Assembly (NCBI GenBank): GCA_013239625.1
Contig: MU053881.1
Location: 2,914,001-2,978,000 of the forward strand
Direction of reading: 5' to 3'
From: Lama guanicoe
Lineage: Eukaryota
Length of the DNA stretch: 64,000 bases
The translations under genes were made by a program, and so were the position numbers. Below the pieces are notes generated by a model, which was not told where the DNA came from, ran no database searches, and saw only the letters and a list, made by a program, of their open reading frames with translations. Shown here piece after piece: positions 27,008 to 39,130 of this stretch (position 1 is the first letter of the stretch; each line of letters begins with the position of its first letter).

Positions 27008-27987
27008 CTCTGTGTGTCTTTCCCTCTGAAGTAAGTCTCTTGTAAGTATCATATAGACAGATCTTTTTTTTTTTCAATCCAATCAGCTACCCTATGTCTT
27101 CTAATTGGAGCATTTAGTCCACTGAAATTTAAAGTGGTTATTGACGGGTGTATACTCATTGCCATTTTGTTACCTGTTTTCTGGTTGTTTTTGTAGTTCT
27201 TCTCTGTTCTTTTCTTCTTCTTTCAGTGTCTCCCCTTGTGGATTGATGATTTTCTTTAGTGTTATGTGTGTGTGTCCCCCTCTTTCTAATTTTTGTGTAC
27301 CTATTGTAGATTTTTGATTTGTGATTACCGTGGGGTTCACATGTGTTAACCTATAATGATATCTACTTATTTTAAACTGGTAGTCATTTAAGTTCAAACA
27401 CATTCTAAAATAGCCTCACTTTTCACTCCCCAGCGTTTTGTGTTTCTGATGTCATATTCAATGACGTCTTCCTGTCCACCCCTTAATGGTTTATTGTAGT
27501 TATGATTGACTTTGTACTTTTTGTATTTTTATCTTTGTACGAGGCTTAAGTGGTTGATCCACAGTCTTTACTATATATTTGCCTTGACTAGTTGAATTTT
27601 CCTTTCTTATAAATTCTTACTTCTTGTTGTAGTCTTTTCTTTTCCACTTAAAGAAAATCTTTTACTACTTCTTGTAAGATCAGTTTAGCATTGATGAACT
27701 CTCTTAGTTTTTGCTGGTCTGAGAAGTTGTCTCTCCTTCAATTCTGTGTGATGGCCTTGTGGGGTGGAGTGTCCTAGGTTGTAGGCTTTGCCCTTTCAGC
27801 ACTTTGAATATGTCGTGCCAGTCCCCCCTGGACTGCAAAGCTTCTGCAGAAAAATCAACTGGTAGCCTTTGGGGGTTCCCTTACATGTGATGGTTTGTTT
27901 TTTCTCTTGCTGTCTTTAAAATTCTCTCTTTAACTTTTGCCATTTTAAGTATGATATGTCTTGGTGCCGGTCTCTTTGAGTTCATCT
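27008..27987 (-). mobile_element. Older L1, inverted 5' segment (ORF1 end to ORF2 start; continues at 25642-25669)
   Basis: Antisense L1 ORF1 and inter-ORF motifs. Minus strand ends in CAAGAGACTTACTTCAG...AGACTGAAAGTGAGG, the endonuclease QET...LKV region. Confidence 0.8.
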
Positions 27988-28900
27988 TAACAAAGAAGGG
28001 TATTGTATAATAATAGGAGGATCATTTGAAGAAGATCACATAACATTTGTTAACATATATGCACCCAATATCAGAACACCTTAATACATAAAGCAGATAC
28101 TAACAGACATAAAGAGACAAACTGACAATCAAACAATAACAGGGGACTTTGACACCCCACTTACATCAGTGGACAGATAAATAGACAAGGAAACAGTGGC
28201 CTTAAATACATATTAGGTCAGTTGAACTTAATAGCTTTCTAAGAACACTCCATGCAAAAACAGCAGAATGCACATTATTTCCAAGTGCATATGACATGTA
28301 CTCCAAGATAGGTCACATGCTATGCCTTGTTTAAAAAAACCCACTAATTTGAAAAGAACCCCTAATATTCATAGGAGCGTTATTTACAATAGCGGAGATA
28401 TGGAAGTAACCTGAGTGTCCATCAACAGATGAATGGATAAAGATGTAGTACACATATACAATAGACTACTACTCAACCATAAAAAAGAATGAAATTCTGC
28501 CTCTTGTAACAACATGGATGGACCTGGAGGGTACTATTCCTAGTGAATTAAGTCAGACAGAGAAAGACAAATACTATATGTTAACACTTACATGCCAAAT
28601 CTAAAAAATAAAATGAGTGAATGAATATAACAAAACAGAAACAGACTCACAGATGTAGGAAACAAATTACCGGTTACCAGTGTGGTGAGGGGTGGGGGTA
28701 GGGGATAGGATTAAGAGGTACAACTGCTACATATTAACTAAATAAAATACAAGGGTATGTTGTACATACAGCTCAGAGAATATTGCCAATATTTTGTAAT
28801 AACTTTAAACAGAGTATAATCAATAAAAATATTGAATCACTATTTTGTACACCTGACACTAGTGTAATATGTTAAGTCAATTGACTTCAATAAAAAAGTT
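27988..28900 (+). mobile_element. Older L1, sense segment (endonuclease part joined to the 3' end)
   Basis: ACAAAGAAGGGTATTGTATAATA...ATATATGCACCCAAT...GGGGACTTTGACACCCCAC (endonuclease), then from ~28335 the ORF2 end and 3'UTR with AATAAAAAA. Confidence 0.85.
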
Positions 28901-29149
28901 GATAAATCATTATTTTTACGAGCTAAAATGAATGCTAATAACTAAAAAAATCCCAAATCCATTTAGTGAGGAAATAAGACTCTGCTAAAATCTAATGTAA
29001 AAATATTTAAGTTACTACAGTAGCAAAGAGATTTATGAATTTAGTCCATTGCTAATAGTTGTGAAATCATAGGAAAATCTGTTTTGTCTTACTCTGGAAA
29101 GTTAAAAATGATTAAATGTGTGTATTTTTACATATAAAATGTTATGTAA

Positions 29150-30280
29150 TAAAAAATTACATCTCTCTGTATTATTCATTTCTTTTATTTCTGAGCAAGA
29201 TCCCATTAAATGGATGTACCACAGTTTGTTTATCCATTCCCCAGCTGAAGGACCTTCGTACTTTTTTCCAGTTTTTGATGATTGCAAATAAAGCCACTAT
29301 AAGCAACTGTGGGCAAGTTTTTGTGTTTCAATATGGGTTTTCATTTCACTTGGGTAAATATGTAGAAGTGTGATTCCTGTGTCACTTAAACATAAGTGAA
29401 TGTTTAAGTTCATGAGAAACTGCCAAATTGTTTTTCAAAGTGGCTGTTTGTACAATTTTGCATTCCCACCACCGGTTATGCCCAAGTGTTCCAGTTACTT
29501 AGAAATCTTTGTCAGCACTTGATATTGTCACTGTTTTTTTAAAAAAGACATTCAAATAGATATGTAGTGGTTTTTCATTGTGGTTTTGATTTGCATTTCC
29601 TAATGACTAATACCGTTGAGAATCTTTTCATGTGCGTATTAACCATCTGTGGATCTTCTGTGGTGAAGTGTCTATTCAAATATTTTGTCCATTAAATTTT
29701 TTTTCTCATGATTATGTTCTAAGAGTTCCTTTTTTGGATAACAGCTTTTTGAAATACAATTTGCACTCCATAAATTCATTTATTTAAAGTTTATAACTGA
29801 ATACTTTTTAGTATAGCCAAAGAGTTGTGTAAACATCTCCACAGTCAACTCTAAGACATTTTCATCACCTCAGAAAGAAACCTCATACCCTTTAGCTATT
29901 ATCCACTAACCCCCCTTCGCCAATTCTCTCTCCCTGCCCTAAGCAACCCCTGACCTACTTTCTGTCTCAATGGATTTACCTATTCTGGACATTTCATGTA
30001 GCTGGAATCATCTAATCTGTGGTCTTAAAGATTTCAAGTTTCTTTAGATGGTCAGGATACAAACTGTTCTAAGTCAAATATATGATTTATAAACATGTTC
30101 TCTTAAGTATGCAGTCTTTTGATTCCCTTAACAGTGTCTTTGAAGGGAAGAAATGCTTAATTTTGACGGTGTCCAATTGATCAATTTTTATGGATAATTC
30201 TTTTAGTGTGGTAGCTAAGACTTCTTTACTTAACCCATGATCACAAAGATTTTGTCACATGCTTCCTTGTAGAATTTTTT
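29150..30280 (-). mobile_element. Old L1 fragment with a nested L1 3' end (~29735-30025)
   Basis: Antisense L1 motifs (GAGAAACTGCCAAA, TTTGCATTCCCACCA, TGGATTTACCTATTCTGGACATTTCAT). Confidence 0.75.
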
Positions 30281-30569
30281 TTTCCTGAAGAGAGACTAGA
30301 AATCTGTTTTTCATGTGAAATATCTCAAATTGTAAGTGTTTATACTAAAATATGTTCTCATCACAAGAAAAAAGAATTTGTAGCTACATGTGGTGATGGG
30401 TGTTAACTAGACTTATTGTGGTGACCATTTTACAGTATAAACATGTATCGAATCACTGTTTTATAGCTGAAACTAATACAATGTGATATGTGAAATATAC
30501 CTCAATTTTTAAAAGAGATAATGAAGGATATTATTATATTAATAAAAATAGTTCAATTCTATTTTTTTT

Positions 30570-30631
30570 AAAAGTTTACATGTAAGTGGACCTCCGCAGT
30601 TCAAACCCATGTTGTTCAAGGGTCAACTGTA
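30570..30631. mobile_element. Tigger2-like terminus
   Basis: TAAGTGGACCTCCGCAGTTCAAACCCATGTTGTTCAAGGGTCAACTG followed by TA. Confidence 0.75.
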
Positions 30632-31539
30632 TTGTAGGCAAAATTGCTTTTATTTGCCTGGGTTTTTTTTTTTTTTCAGTTTTATTAGGTAGAGCTGTTA
30701 CAATTTGACTGCATGTTATTTGGCTGTTTTTGATCTGTTAAAACAAGAGTTTTGTAGGTTTCAACTTAGTGCTTTTTGCGGGTTAAATTTTAGGCAACCG
30801 ACTGAGTCACAGTTGTCTGCATGGTAGACTGGCACATCTTGGTCTGTCCTTTTATTTCATTAAAAAAATTTTTTTATTTCTCTGGTCAAGTCCCTTGAGT
30901 TTGCTAAGGCATCCCATGACGGATGAGAAAACCAAGGTCTAATGAAGTGAAGCATCTTATTGGAGGACACCCAGCAGGACTCCACTCAGGTGCATGTGTT
31001 GTAAAGCTCACAGGTCACCGAGCTCGGTGCTCTCCAAAGCAGAGGCCTCCACAAACATCATATTTGAACTTCACATTGTAAATGTGTTTAATTGTTTAAA
31101 CATTGTAATAAATGCAACAAAAACCCTCAGAAGTGTTGCATGCTAAATATTAATATTTCAGAGATGACTAGCAGAGTTTCTTATGCTCTCGGTTACCTGG
31201 GTTGTGTGCAGGCTTGACACAAAAGTTTCTCCTTCTGTCTCTGTGTAATTAAAAAGAATACTGAAATTGCAAAGCAAACTTTTAAATGCCACTAGCATTT
31301 CCACCTCGTATTCCTTGCAACCTGGGATTTTCTTGATATTTACAATTTTAAAAAGAATACGACTTTAAAGTCAGTGCTGAGGTTGAAACATGACTGTATC
31401 TGTCATCCATATCAAATATCTAATTTCCTATTCTCTTTAATCCATTAAAACAACGTCATTGTTCTCAGTGATTGACCTTCTAATAAGTAAATGTTACAGA
31501 GTTTGTGACGGAGTTACCAAAACTTTTTTATCATTTTCC

Positions 31540-31857
31540 TTTTCTTGGTAAAAGAAGGCTGTATTTTCTGGAGCCCCTTGCGTCTGAATTGAGGCAGGTG
31601 ACTGGATACTGAGGACCGATGGGATGTGGGCAGAAGTAGGGTGTGCTCTTTCGTCCCCTTCCACAGAGGCTAGGACTTTATCACAAGATTGTTGGGAGAT
31701 GGATCACTGTCTGGGGGAGAGGGAAATCTGCCAAGAAGAGCTCCCTGACCTGCACTGACCTGTGACATGAATAAGAAACAAACCTTTGTGTGTTAAGCCA
31801 CCGAGACGTTGGGTTTATTTGTTATAATAGCAAATCCTGTTCTACCCTGACTAATAT
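31540..31857 (+). mobile_element. Old MaLR LTR (MLT1H/I/J-like)
   Basis: 3' end AAGAAACAAACCTTTGTGTGTTAAGCCACCGAGA...CCTGACTAATA. Confidence 0.65.
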
Positions 31858-32109
31858 AGGTTTAAACAAATACAGTTTCTACTAAAGCATAGCTCTTATC
31901 TCTTCTATACTGACTAATATAGAATAGTGTTACTTATTGAAAACTAAAAGGTTCTGCTACTAGAAAAGGTCAAAATCAGTGATTGAGTTTAGTGCCTAAG
32001 ACTTGCAGGTGAGGAACTCAAGCGCCAGAAAGAAGCAGCGACTTGTCCAGGGTCACACAGAGGAGGCAGCACCAGAATCCAGTATAGGGACGTCTGTGAT
32101 TTTAGCCTG

Positions 32110-32578
32110 CCCTTTCGTGTAGTAATGGCGGTCAGATATTCCCATTCTCATACTCTGGCTGTACGTTTCATGCAGGACTCATCCCTCATCTTATGTAATC
32201 TATTACTCAGGCCTCAGTGGTTAGCATGATGATGGACATATGACCCAGTCTGGACCAATCAAAGCTAATCCCTGGATTTCTGCTGGAGCTGCTAGAAAAG
32301 TCCCTCTTTATGGGTTGTTGAACCAATAGATATAAGTCTTGAGCTGCTGAGGGACATCTTAATACATCAAGGTTGAGAATGAAAGTAACACAGGGGAAGG
32401 CAGAACTGAAAGATGAAGAGAGATAGATGAGTCTTGATGGTGTTGTTTGAGCACCTGGATCTAGCCATGCCTGAAGCCCAAGCTTTTATTCACATAAGCC
32501 AATAAATTTCCCTTTTTTGTTTATACCAGTTTTGATTGATTTCTGTCACTTGCACCTGAAATTACTCTGACTTCTACA
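32110..32578 (+). mobile_element. Old MaLR LTR (MLT1J/K-like)
   Basis: GGACCAATCA...CCTGGATCTAGCCATGCCTGAAG...GCCAATAAATTTCCC...TTCTGTCACTTGCA. Confidence 0.7.
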
Positions 32579-32894
32579 AACTGTGCTTTTTTCCCCTCCA
32601 CTGACAAACAGGGATTAATATATTTTTCTATTTTACTGATAAGAAATTGGAAGCCCTGCCCATTTGTAAGCAGGTGCTTCACGTCTCACAAGAATCAAGG
32701 CTTGGTAATCCCCTTTTGTCTTGGGAATGTTCCACACAGGAACTTTTTTTGCTTCCAGCCCCTGCCCAGGTGTGAATGTATTTTATCTCAAGTTTCATGA
32801 GCAGTTGCTGAACACAATCCACCATGGAATAGATGCCAAAATACTGTTGAAAAGAAACAAAGAAAGAACACCCCTACCAAAAAAGTGTACAAAG

Positions 32895-33335
32895 TGTATC
32901 TAGAGGCAATTCACAGAAAAAGAAATACAAATGACAAGCGCATGTCTGAAAGATGTCTAACCTCACTAATAATTAAGAAATACAAATAAAATGAGATGCC
33001 ATTTTTCACCTATGAGTTTATCTAAGGGCTAAATGTTGCTTAATACCTGGGGATGGGGAAATAGGCACTTGCAGGAGGTGGGGATAAGGGGGTGGGGAGG
33101 ACGGCACAGCTTCTTTGGAGGGTAATTTGGCAATTCTGTAAGATGTGAACATGCACAAGCCACTTGGCCCCCTGCTTGAAATTTATTCTACAAATAAGCT
33201 CCAACAAATATGCAAAGATGTAGGTAAAAGGACATTCAGTACTGTATTATTTATAATAGCAAACAACTGGAAACAAACGCCCATCAGAAGGAGACCGTGT
33301 AATGAATCACAATACATCCAAATTGCGGAATAAAT
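32895..33335 (+). mobile_element. Ancient L1 (L1ME-like) ORF2 3' fragment
   Basis: GGCAATTCACAGAAAAAGAAATACAAATG...TTTATAATAGCAAACAACTGGAAACAA. Confidence 0.7.
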
Positions 33336-34729
33336 TTCAGCAGCTGAGAGGCACAAGGCGGCCCCAGGTGTGTGGGTGCGGAGAGGTCTCCCAGGTATGC
33401 ACGCCGGGAGGGGAGAGCAGGACGGGCCGCACGATGCTGTGTGTGTTGAAACTAGTGTGAAATCTTGCCCAAGTTAAGATGAGGTTCAGCTGGAAAGCAG
33501 GAGTAGGGGTTGGGGGACTTTCATTTTCAACTGATTCACTCTTCCTTACAATTTGATTTTTTAAAAATTTATGAACAGGTATTACCTTACAATTTTGTTT
33601 ATTCATTTGAATACCTAATAATGTATGAGGTGAAAACATTCAAAAGGGATAAAGGGGGGTACAATTCTCCAGTTCCCCTTTCCTCCGCTTGATGTAGAAT
33701 TAATGTATTCCTAGCACAAATTTATTGTATTTTGGAGGAGGAGGGGGAGGGGAAATTAGAGAGAAGGGTGGAGGACACTGGCTGCCACTCTCTGGCAGGC
33801 ACAGCAGTGGGCTGGCAACCTCGGGGTCACTCTGTCCTTGGCTTCCCAGCCTCAGCCTTCCCGAGACCCCGCTGAAGTGCCGGTGAAGACCTTCAGGGGT
33901 GCCCTGGCCGTGAGTCTTCCAGGTCTGAATCCCAGAGAGTGGCCCCTTTCCTGCCAGCTCCCCTTGGGTGCCTGGCAGACACTCAAACACTCATTAGGAG
34001 AGATGGGGCTGTAGGCAAATATTTATCCCCGTGCAGCTGCAGGCTCAGCCGTCGCGGCAGGTGCGGGGCAGAGTCCTGTTTACCCAGCACTGAGCCAGGC
34101 GGGCGCTGCCTGTTTGCTGAGCTCCCTTCCTGGCCTGGCTTAGACACCAGGCAGAAAGCTGGGGCCGCAGAGGCTGTGCCAGGCGGGGAGTCAGGGGAGC
34201 CTCCTGACCACCAAGCCTTGCACGGGCTTCAGGGGAAAAGCCTGACTCCTGAACTGGTCCACGGGTCATGGGAGGTCGGCATCTTCCTCTCTGCTCTCCT
34301 CTGGCTGCTTGCCAGGGGTGGGTCCTTCTTCCCCACCTCTGCCCCAGGCTGATTCCTGCTCATTCTTGGAGCTCCCTGACCTCCTCCCACCCTAGGGTGG
34401 TGGCCTCATAGCTCATGGGAATCACATGCTCATTTCCCCACTTTCCTGGTTCATGTCTGTCTTCTTGGCTAGACAACAGAAGAGCAGGGACGGGGGCAGT
34501 TTTGTTCTCATTTCCCCAGAACCTCCCGTAGTCCCTGACACCTAGTACGTGCTCATCAAATATTTAAGTGTTAGCCTGAGTGAAGCCAGCAGAAGGAACA
34601 GCACAGGCAAAAGGCAGAGGTGGGACAGAGGGACTGAGAGGGGAGGTACCAGGAGGGAAGAGATTGGAGGCTGGAAAATTACGTAGAGGCTGGGACTCTG
34701 AAAAGCCTTGAATGTCATGCCAGTGAGTT

Positions 34730-35238
34730 TTTTTTTTTAATTTTTAAATTTTTTATTGATTTATAATCATTTTACAATGTTGTGTCAAATTCCAGTGTAG
34801 AGCACAACTTTTCAGTCATACATGAATATATATATATTCATTGTCACATTTTTTTCTCTGTGAGCTACCACAAGATCTTGTATATATTTCCCTGTGCTAC
34901 ACAGTATAATCTTGTTTATCTAGTCTACGATTTTGAAATCCCAATCTGTCTCTTCACCCCCCCCACCCCCTTGGCAACTACAAGTTTATATTCTGTGTCT
35001 GTGAGTCTATTTCTGTTTTGTATTTATGCTTTTTTTTTTTTTTAAGATTCCACATATGAGCGATCTCATATGGTCTTTTTCTTTCTCTTTCTGGCTTGCT
35101 TCACTTAGAATGACATTCTCCAGGAGCATCCATGTTGCTGCAAATGGCGTTATGTTGTCAGTTTTTATGGCTGAATAGTATTCCATTGTATAAATATACC
35201 ACATCTTCTTTATCCAGTCATCTGATGATGGACATCTA
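34730..35238 (-). mobile_element. Young lineage-specific L1 3' end
   Basis: Near reverse complement of 49140-49642. Minus ORF reads [24 protein letters not shown]...LENVILSE. Confidence 0.93.
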
Positions 35239-35339
35239 GTCAGAAATGAGAGATTGTTGGAAGGGAAAGGCAATGTAAATAATACAACAAATAAGAAACT
35301 AGATCTTTCAAGTTGAAGGGTATAAATTCTGAAGTTCTT

Positions 35340-35792
35340 ATGATGGCCCCCAAGGCCCTACATCTGCTGCATCGCCCTGTACTCCCTTTCTGATCATTCT
35401 CCCCTCCCTCACTCCAGCCTCACTGGTCTTGCTATTTCTTGAACACCAGAAGTATACTCCTGCCCCAGGGCCTTTGCACTTGCTGTTTCCTTGGTCTGGA
35501 ATGCTTTTCCTTTCGATATCATGATTTATCTTCATACCTTGTTTAAAATTCAGTTTCCAAGTCAACTTACTGGAGAAGCCCCTTCCATCACCAAAGACAT
35601 AAGAGCCTCGTTCCCCAGGACCCTTTGTTTTGTTTTCCCCTGTAACACATCTGTCTGTCTACTGTCTGTCTCCTCCATAGGCATGTCAGCTCCAAAAAGG
35701 CAGAAATGTCATCTTTTTTGTTCGTTGCTATATCTTCTAAGCCTAGAGCACATACCTTTAGGCATTAGGAATGCTTGTTGAATGAATGAATG
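35340..35792 (+). mobile_element. L2 3' end
   Basis: CAGGGCCTTTGCACTTGCTGTTTCC...TTGTTGAATGAATGAA. Confidence 0.8.
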
Positions 35793-38084
35793 TGTAACAT
35801 TAAGCCAAGCCACCCAAGTCCTGTAATGATGCCTCCCTGGGCCCAGCCCTTTCCTGTTTCCAAAGCCCTCACACGGCCATTAGCTCCTTTGATCTGCACA
35901 TCAGCCAGCTGGGGAGCACAGGACAGGCATGATTATCTACCTTAAAAAATGATTATCTACAGCACAAAAATATCATGATCATGTGGACAGAAACCAGAAT
36001 GAAATGCCTGCGGGCTCATGACTTCAATAAATCAATTTTTAAAATTTGATGTGCAGAAATCGTGGCAAAGAGGGAAGTGTCTGCATTCCGAGGCTGGTCT
36101 TCCTTGCATTTGACTCCCAGCTCGGCCGTGTACTTACCCTGCGACCTGTCCCTTCTCTGAGGCTTGGGTACCCCTTGCACAGAGGCATTTGCATGTGGGC
36201 ATTTCCTGGGCCACACCATGTCCTGTGCATCCTTTTTGGTAGCTGTGTCATATTCCACTGAGTAGAGTCCCCGGCTTTGCTTTATCAACTGACTCTTGCT
36301 GGACTGGGTGACGGTAGCTACCGGTCACTGAGCGCTGGGTCCTGCTGGGTGCCAAGCTGAGTACTGCACCTTCATGAACTCATTTAATCTTTGCAACTCA
36401 GGTCGCTGCGGTTACCTCTCCCATTCTGCAGAGGTTAAATGGCTTGCCCAAGGCCACACAGACTCTAAATTGTCAAGCCTGAGAGCTTTAAGCTAACTGG
36501 GCTCTACTGGGATCTTTGTCCCCATTTTTCAGACAGGGAAAATGAGGCTTAGGGGAGCCAACGCTTGCCCCCAGGCAACCTGGGCAGCTCTGGGATGAGG
36601 CAGAAGCCCTGTCTTCTGGTCCCTGACCTGTATTCTCCTCCAGCCTGCTCCTTTGCACCCGGGGGCCGTGTTCACAGGTCTCATTCCTCCTGAACTGGGG
36701 ACAGTAAGCGGCCAGGGAGGCAGTAGCCTTCTAGTTTCTGCCCCATAACCAGCCAAAGGCTTAAGTCCAGAGGGACTGTCACTGGTGAGCAGAAGAAACC
36801 TGTTTCTCCTCCAGAAACCACACTTCTCTCCCCTCCTCCCTTCTCCTTCCTCCAAGAACTCTGTACCAATTAATCAGCAGACATCCGAGGCTCCAGCAGG
36901 GACCAAGAGGGCTGGACTCATTAGTGCAGAATGATATTAATATCAAAAAAATTTGGAGACAAATGCAATGATTCAGGGCCGCTGCATGAGTCAGGCTGGC
37001 TCCGAAGCTGGTGGGGGCCAAGGAACCGTGGTAAGAGGCAGAAGGGAACAGTGCAGACGTGGGAGGAAAACCAGGCCAGGTTCCCTGGATGCCTGGTGGA
37101 AAGACTGGAGCAAAGCCACAGGGTCCACTCTCCGTTCTCTCATGCAGTCTGACTTGTCCTCCTCCCTGCTCAGGGGGCCCCAGTGGACTGTGCACAAAAG
37201 CATCCAGGGAATGGAATGCCCCTTCCCTGATGGTCGTTATAACCTTGGGCTAAGTGCTTTGCGGTGACTGAGTCTCAGTCTGTCTCCTCTCATCCCTCAC
37301 GGTGTGGCTTTGGGCAAACAGCTCCATCTCTTTAGGGGCTCAGTCTCTCCAGCTGGACCAGGAGGTCATAATAACTGCCTCTCAGGGCTACTGGAGGGTC
37401 ATGATGTGGACTCGCTTTGTGGGATGTGACCCTTCATGCTCTTTAACTTTAGGTACGATAGGGCTCAAGCCAGCCCCTACCGAGAGCCTTAGAATAGAAT
37501 TCTCTTTGTTTCCTAAGGTATTTATTTCTTCACTCACTCAAACATTCACTCCGTTCATACATTCTTCATTCACACTGAGCACCTTCCGTGCACTGGCACC
37601 GACCAGGCACTGGGGATAAAAAGGGGACCGGAACACGATTCCCACGCTAGTGGGGCTCCTAGCCTAGCAGGGATGCCCACAGAGGGGGAGATAATGGCTC
37701 TAATACAGGGTAAGGAGAGCTGTTGATTTCAGAGACTCTCCGCCTGGATTTTCTCCAGATATTCTGATTTCAAATCTACTGTCTCCTGGTCTAAGTTATC
37801 ACATTGCTTATCCCTGTCACAGGATGAGGATGATTATTTTTTAATTTAGGAAATGTGGCCAACATGCCTGCAGCTCCTTGGAGCTGTGGAACGAGGATGG
37901 GTTGGATTGCGCTGCAGCAACGGGCAGCCCCAGCCCCGGGGGGGCGCAGGGGAGGGGCGGTGCTGTCTACCTGGAGCCCATGCCTGTGATCAGGAGCGCC
38001 TGACAGAGGAGAGACCCTGCATCGGTGGTCCCTGTAGTTTCAGGAGGAGTTGACAGGTGGCTTGGGGGCGGGACAGCGGGGACA

Positions 38085-39130
38085 TCATTTATTCCAAAAA
38101 ATAGTTTTTGAGGACCTACTATGTGCCAGGCACCGTTCTAAGTGTGGGGATACAGTTGTGAACAAAGCGACAAATCTCTGCTTTCAAGGAGACGATTTTC
38201 TGGTGGGAGGCGACATTGCTGTGAAGGATGGAGCCCAGCAGAGATGGTGCTTGCTACTTTGTATCGAGTGGTCAGGGCACTAGGTGCCACTTGAGCAGAG
38301 ACCAGAAGAGGCAAGGGAGTCAGCCAAAAGGAGATTTAGGGGAGAGCTCTGACGGCAGAGGGAACAGTCCCAGAGGTAGAAGAATCACTTGACAGGCTGG
38401 GAAGAGCCAGGAGGGCAGAGCTGCAGGGGTGCGTGGTGGGTAATGTGGGTGGAGGGGGCGTGAGGTTGGGCCCAGATCTTCTTGGCTCTGAAATTCAAAT
38501 TGAACTGTGTGTCTTGTACTTTGATTTGCTAAATGTGGCCACCTTCTTCTTTCTAAGACTTTGGGTTGACTCTGCGATGGAACCCACTGGAGGGTTTGGA
38601 GCAGAATAGGGACAAGATGTGACCAGTTTTAAAGGGATCCCCCGGGAGCTGTGTTGTGACCAGACTGCAGTGGGCAGGGGTGCAGGCCAGCGGACCCGTT
38701 GGAGGTGAGAGATGGGACAGGTGCGTCTGGACAGCAGAGCGGAAGGAAGTGGTGAGGGCGAGTCTGGATGGGTCTGGAAGACAGAGCTGGCCCACTTGCT
38801 CATGGGTTGTTGTGGGGCTGGAGAGGAAGAGAGGCATCAACAAGGACTCCAGGACTTTTGGCCTGAGCAGCTGGAAACACTGAGAGGATAGCAGGAGAAA
38901 TGTGCGTGTGTGTGCAGGTGTGTGTGCACTGTGTGTGTGTGTGTTTGGACACATGGTTGAGATGCCTACTTGACAACCAAGATGAGGCATTGAGTATGTG
39001 GCTGGACACACGGGCCTGGAGTTCTGGGAGAAGATTCCATTGGTTTGTCACCAGAATAGACATCATTCAAAGCCATGCCCTTGGCCAAAAACACTTAGGC
39101 ATTGTACAGATGGGAGTGGCCCTACTCCAG
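38085..39130 (-). mobile_element. L2 (L2a-like) fragment
   Basis: TTGAGGACCTACTATGTGCCAGGCAC...CAAGGACTCCAGGACTTTTGGCCTGAGCAGCTGG. Confidence 0.8.
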
